Below, one piece after another: positions 60,801-64,000 of a DNA stretch of 64,000 nt (positions are counted from its first letter, which is position 1; the number at the start of each line of letters is the position of its first letter). The notes under the pieces were generated by a model. It saw only the letters and a program-made list of their open reading frames with translations, was not told where the DNA came from and made no database searches. The position numbers and the translations under genes are program-made. This DNA comes from Klebsormidium nitens. Lineage: Eukaryota; Plantae; Klebsormidiophyceae. The stretch lies in NCBI GenBank assembly GCA_000708835.1, contig DF237356.1, positions 1-64,000 on the forward strand. The letters run 5' to 3'.

Positions 60801-63800
60801 TGCATTCCAAAATGCTAGTCATGCGTATTTTCTCTGCAAGCACCCTGGTGAGTACTTAAGCATTGACGTTTATTCCTGCAGGGTGAAAGGGACCGCTTGA
60901 TGGCTTCCTTAGACTCGATGGCTGGCAAGAGCGACATTGAGAACACCAAGCTGAAAGAAACCTACAGGGGCAAAATCAAGCTGCTGGAGGAACAGGTGGG
61001 GGGCATCGCTCCTCGACTTGTTTTGCTGGCGGAGTTCTATCCAGTCGTACTGCTGCTTTAATCTGCTTTCTGAATTGTCCGGCTTTCTGGATATCGTTTC
61101 TCGCCCTGCGTCCTGCTTGAATCGTTGCTGGCGTTCTGGTCGTCTTCAGCCCGATTCTCGCTTTTAGAGACCACTTTCTCGCTGTCGTCTGGAAATTTTT
61201 CCTATCCGCAAGTGGATTGCTTCAGATTGCTCCCTGTCCGACGCATAGGGTTTGTGGCATCGCTGCGCGCAATGGGTAAATTCCCTCAGAGTTGTTGCAC
61301 TGTCCTGCTTTCAATTTTGCTGCTTAACTAACCGTACTCTCCCCCCCTCGCCCACAGCTGTCCGAGTTGAAGCGCAAGCAGGCCGCCAGCGGGCAGCTCC
61401 TGCGTCTCAAGCAGCGCAGCGACGAGTCCGCGAAGCGGCTCCAAGAAGAGATCCAGCGCATCAAGTCGCAAAAGGTGGCGCTACAGCGCAAGATGAAAGT
61501 AGAAAGCGACCAGTTCCAGAACTGGCGTGCCGCGCACGAGAAAGAGCTGGGGCAGCTGCGCAAGGCGGGCCGGCGCAACGAGTTTGAGATGCACAAGCTG
61601 CAGGCGTTGCACCAGAGGCAGCAAAAGGTGCGCGGCGCGGGATATCTGGAATCGTCCTTTCGAACGATGTTGCAGAAATGCCGACAAGCATTGTGTCCCT
61701 GATATTAAGTGATTGACGTGCTGAACCCCTGAGCTGAAATGGTAGAAGGCCTATACTTACTCGTGCAACGACGATTGCTCCACACGGCCACGGGGGCTTT
61801 CGGACGACTTTCCTACTTTCTGTCGTACGAGGAGGTTTTTCTTTCTCAACCTGAATGTCAAATTGACATCAAAGCCGCCTTGAAGTTGTACTCTTTTGCA
61901 GCTTAAAGCTGGTCTGTGTCAGAAAGGTCGCTGCATGTAACACTGCTGCAGCATTTTGGGCTGTTTCCGCGTTTGGACGATGCTTGTCGTCGCGTCCGTA
62001 CGCTGACATAATTCTTACACTAGGACTTGGGCAGCACAGGACGAAGAGCAACCTCTCCGCTAAATGTGAACGTCATCAACCACTGCAGGTGCTCCAGCGG
62101 AAGACGGAAGAGGCCGCGGTGGCGACCAAGCGGCTGAAGGAAGTGCTTGCCGCACGCAAACTGCTCCCCAAGGACCCGCAGCCCCAGCAAACAGGCAAGT
62201 GGCCTTCTGGTCGGCCGCGTGGGACTCGTACTTCCTTCATTTGTCTTGATAACTCCATAATCTGGAAGCAAGTGCGACGCTTCCCAGCCTGACGATTGCA
62301 GTCAGATAAGACTCTCGAAATCTCAAAGGACTCCCTCCTCCTATAGAGTACTTCGTTCCTTCCGATCTCACGTGTCAACCGCGCCCTTCGGCCGTTCTGG
62401 AATCCTGTGCTCCAAATCCTCCTACTCTTGTTTCTCTTTGAGAAGTGAAGACCCTGTTAGCTCAGCTTTTATCCACTTCGTTAGTGACGTCACCCTCCCG
62501 TCACTGCCAGGTGGCGCGCTCGCGGGCAAGTCGTCCGAGGCCGTCGAGCGGCAGCTCAAGGCGTGGCTGGAGCGCGAGATCGAGGTCTACGTCCGAGTCC
62601 AGGACGTCCGAAACGCGCTGCAGCGCGAGGTCGTCCGTAGGAAAGAGATTGCGCACCAGCTTGCGGCACTGCGGGACGGGGAGCCGCCGGTAACTAGCAG
62701 CGGCGTGTTTTCGCCGCGCAAGAACGCGGCCAAGCTGGCGTCGCTGCAGGCGGAGGTGGCGGCGCGGTCCGCGAGCATCGCGGAGCTGCAGGTAAGGAGA
62801 GCGTCCAGTTGGTTCGTACCATCAATTGTGGCATTCATGTCGACCGAGTGACCTGTCACTGCCCTTTAGGGGCCGCACCGAGACTTCATACCCTTGCGAA
62901 CGTGGAGTTGTGTTGGCTTCTTGTTTGGACAGGGGTTTCGATGCCGTCGTTTCTTGCTGCGAACACGAAGGACGACTTCTCCGCTGTGTCAACAAAAGGG
63001 TTTCATTGAGCATCTCGCGGCAGCGACGGATCAAGTGCAAAGCAATCAAGAGCTACTACACCGTACGTCCCCTCCAGGGATTGTTCTTATATTCTGGTAG
63101 ATGTTCTTGCATTCAGGGAAATCTTCGTTCTTGCGGAATGGGCATGTAACTCTTTTTGGGATTCTTAAGTAAGGTGTTTGTCGCCCCTGCAGGCGCAACT
63201 GCTGTCGGTGGAGGAGAGTCAGAAGGGCCTCTCCAACCCCGCCCACCGCTGGCTGCACGTGCGCTCGATGCCGGAGGCGCGGACTCTGCTCAACATCATG
63301 TTTGCCGCCACGACCGACTCCAGGTAAGGGTCCAGAGAAGGGCGGGTTTTCCAGGGTTTGTACACGCCTAACAATGATGAGGAACATTGACTAGGTGAAG
63401 GCTATATGACTTACTTTTACCAGTCGTGGCACTTGTGCCGGCAGGCAAGCCATTTACATTTCGCGTCGAAGCTTCTGCTTTTACGCCCTGTTTAAAGCGG
63501 GTTCGCTACTAGTAAGCATTAGACCCTCGTTACGATCGTCCTTGCTTTTGTTCGACGGCAAGTCGATCCATCAGAAAGCAGAAAGTTCTGACGTTTGTGT
63601 TTAGTGCGTGGGGCTAAGGTCGCTCCCACCTTCGTAAAAGTATCAGCTTATTCTTGCTAGATGTCTAGCAAACAGACTCGATGGATGCTCGCCGCAGAGC
63701 ATCGAAGAAGGGCGTTTCCAGTCTCGGCAGAGAGCATGGAGATTTCTTTGCGCAGTGATCAACATGCCGACATCGCTTTGCAGGTGTCAGCTCCAGTCTT

Positions 63801-64000
63801 TACACGGCGACTTGGAGTACATGCACGAGCAGGTGGCGCAGTACGAAGTGGACCTGCGGTCCGCTCAGGAGGATCTGCGCCGGCGGAGAGTCCAGGAGAC
63901 CGCGGTAAGCAGTGTCAATGCACCTCTCAGTATTACCACAGGATTGGCATTCTGACATTTTCTGCGCTTTGAGAGGCAAGGACGTCTGCTTCGGTGACAT
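54845..64000 (+). CDS. KIF4: Kinesin-4 (KIF4/FRA1-like) with N-terminal motor, multi-exon, truncated by the window end
   Basis: [22 protein letters not shown]|[10 protein letters not shown] (P-loop), [67 protein letters not shown]. The kinesin-4 stalk motifs follow: [80 protein letters not shown]. Confidence 0.95.

Noticed and set aside
56200-63070. Possible junction echoes in kinesin-4 introns (near 56230, 62025-62055, 63005-63065)
   Set aside because: Similarity to the adjacent exons is too weak to distinguish from chance by eye.

Overview
Intron-rich eukaryotic nuclear DNA. It is most likely a streptophyte green alga (Klebsormidium-like; inferred from plant-type genes plus a ciliogenesis gene, GT-AG introns and GC-rich exons). 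Nine protein-coding genes were reconstructed by hand: TFIIIC TPR subunit GTF3C3/Tfc4 (-, 3' end unresolved at the window edge), a plant RING-TM E3 ligase (+), an MRC/PII1-like plastid coiled-coil protein (-), a small kinase-less LRR receptor-like protein (-), a WDPCP/Fritz homologue (+), an unrecognised type I membrane protein (-), a CCDC24-like protein (+), SPIRAL1 (-) and kinesin-4 (+, runs off the window). No rRNA, tRNA, CRISPR array or intact transposon was seen. The most striking unexplained structure is a recurrent pattern of 'splice-junction echoes'. In four genes, introns contain diverged tandem copies (period about 100-200 bp, 1-5 extra copies) of the adjacent exon edge plus its splice site. 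Donor echoes lie downstream of exons and acceptor echoes upstream. Some echoes keep intact branch point/YAG or GT signals, some have lost exactly the splice dinucleotide, and one differs from its exon almost only at synonymous positions. Family assignments rest on recalled protein motifs, not database searches. Exon coordinates and codon counts were made by hand.
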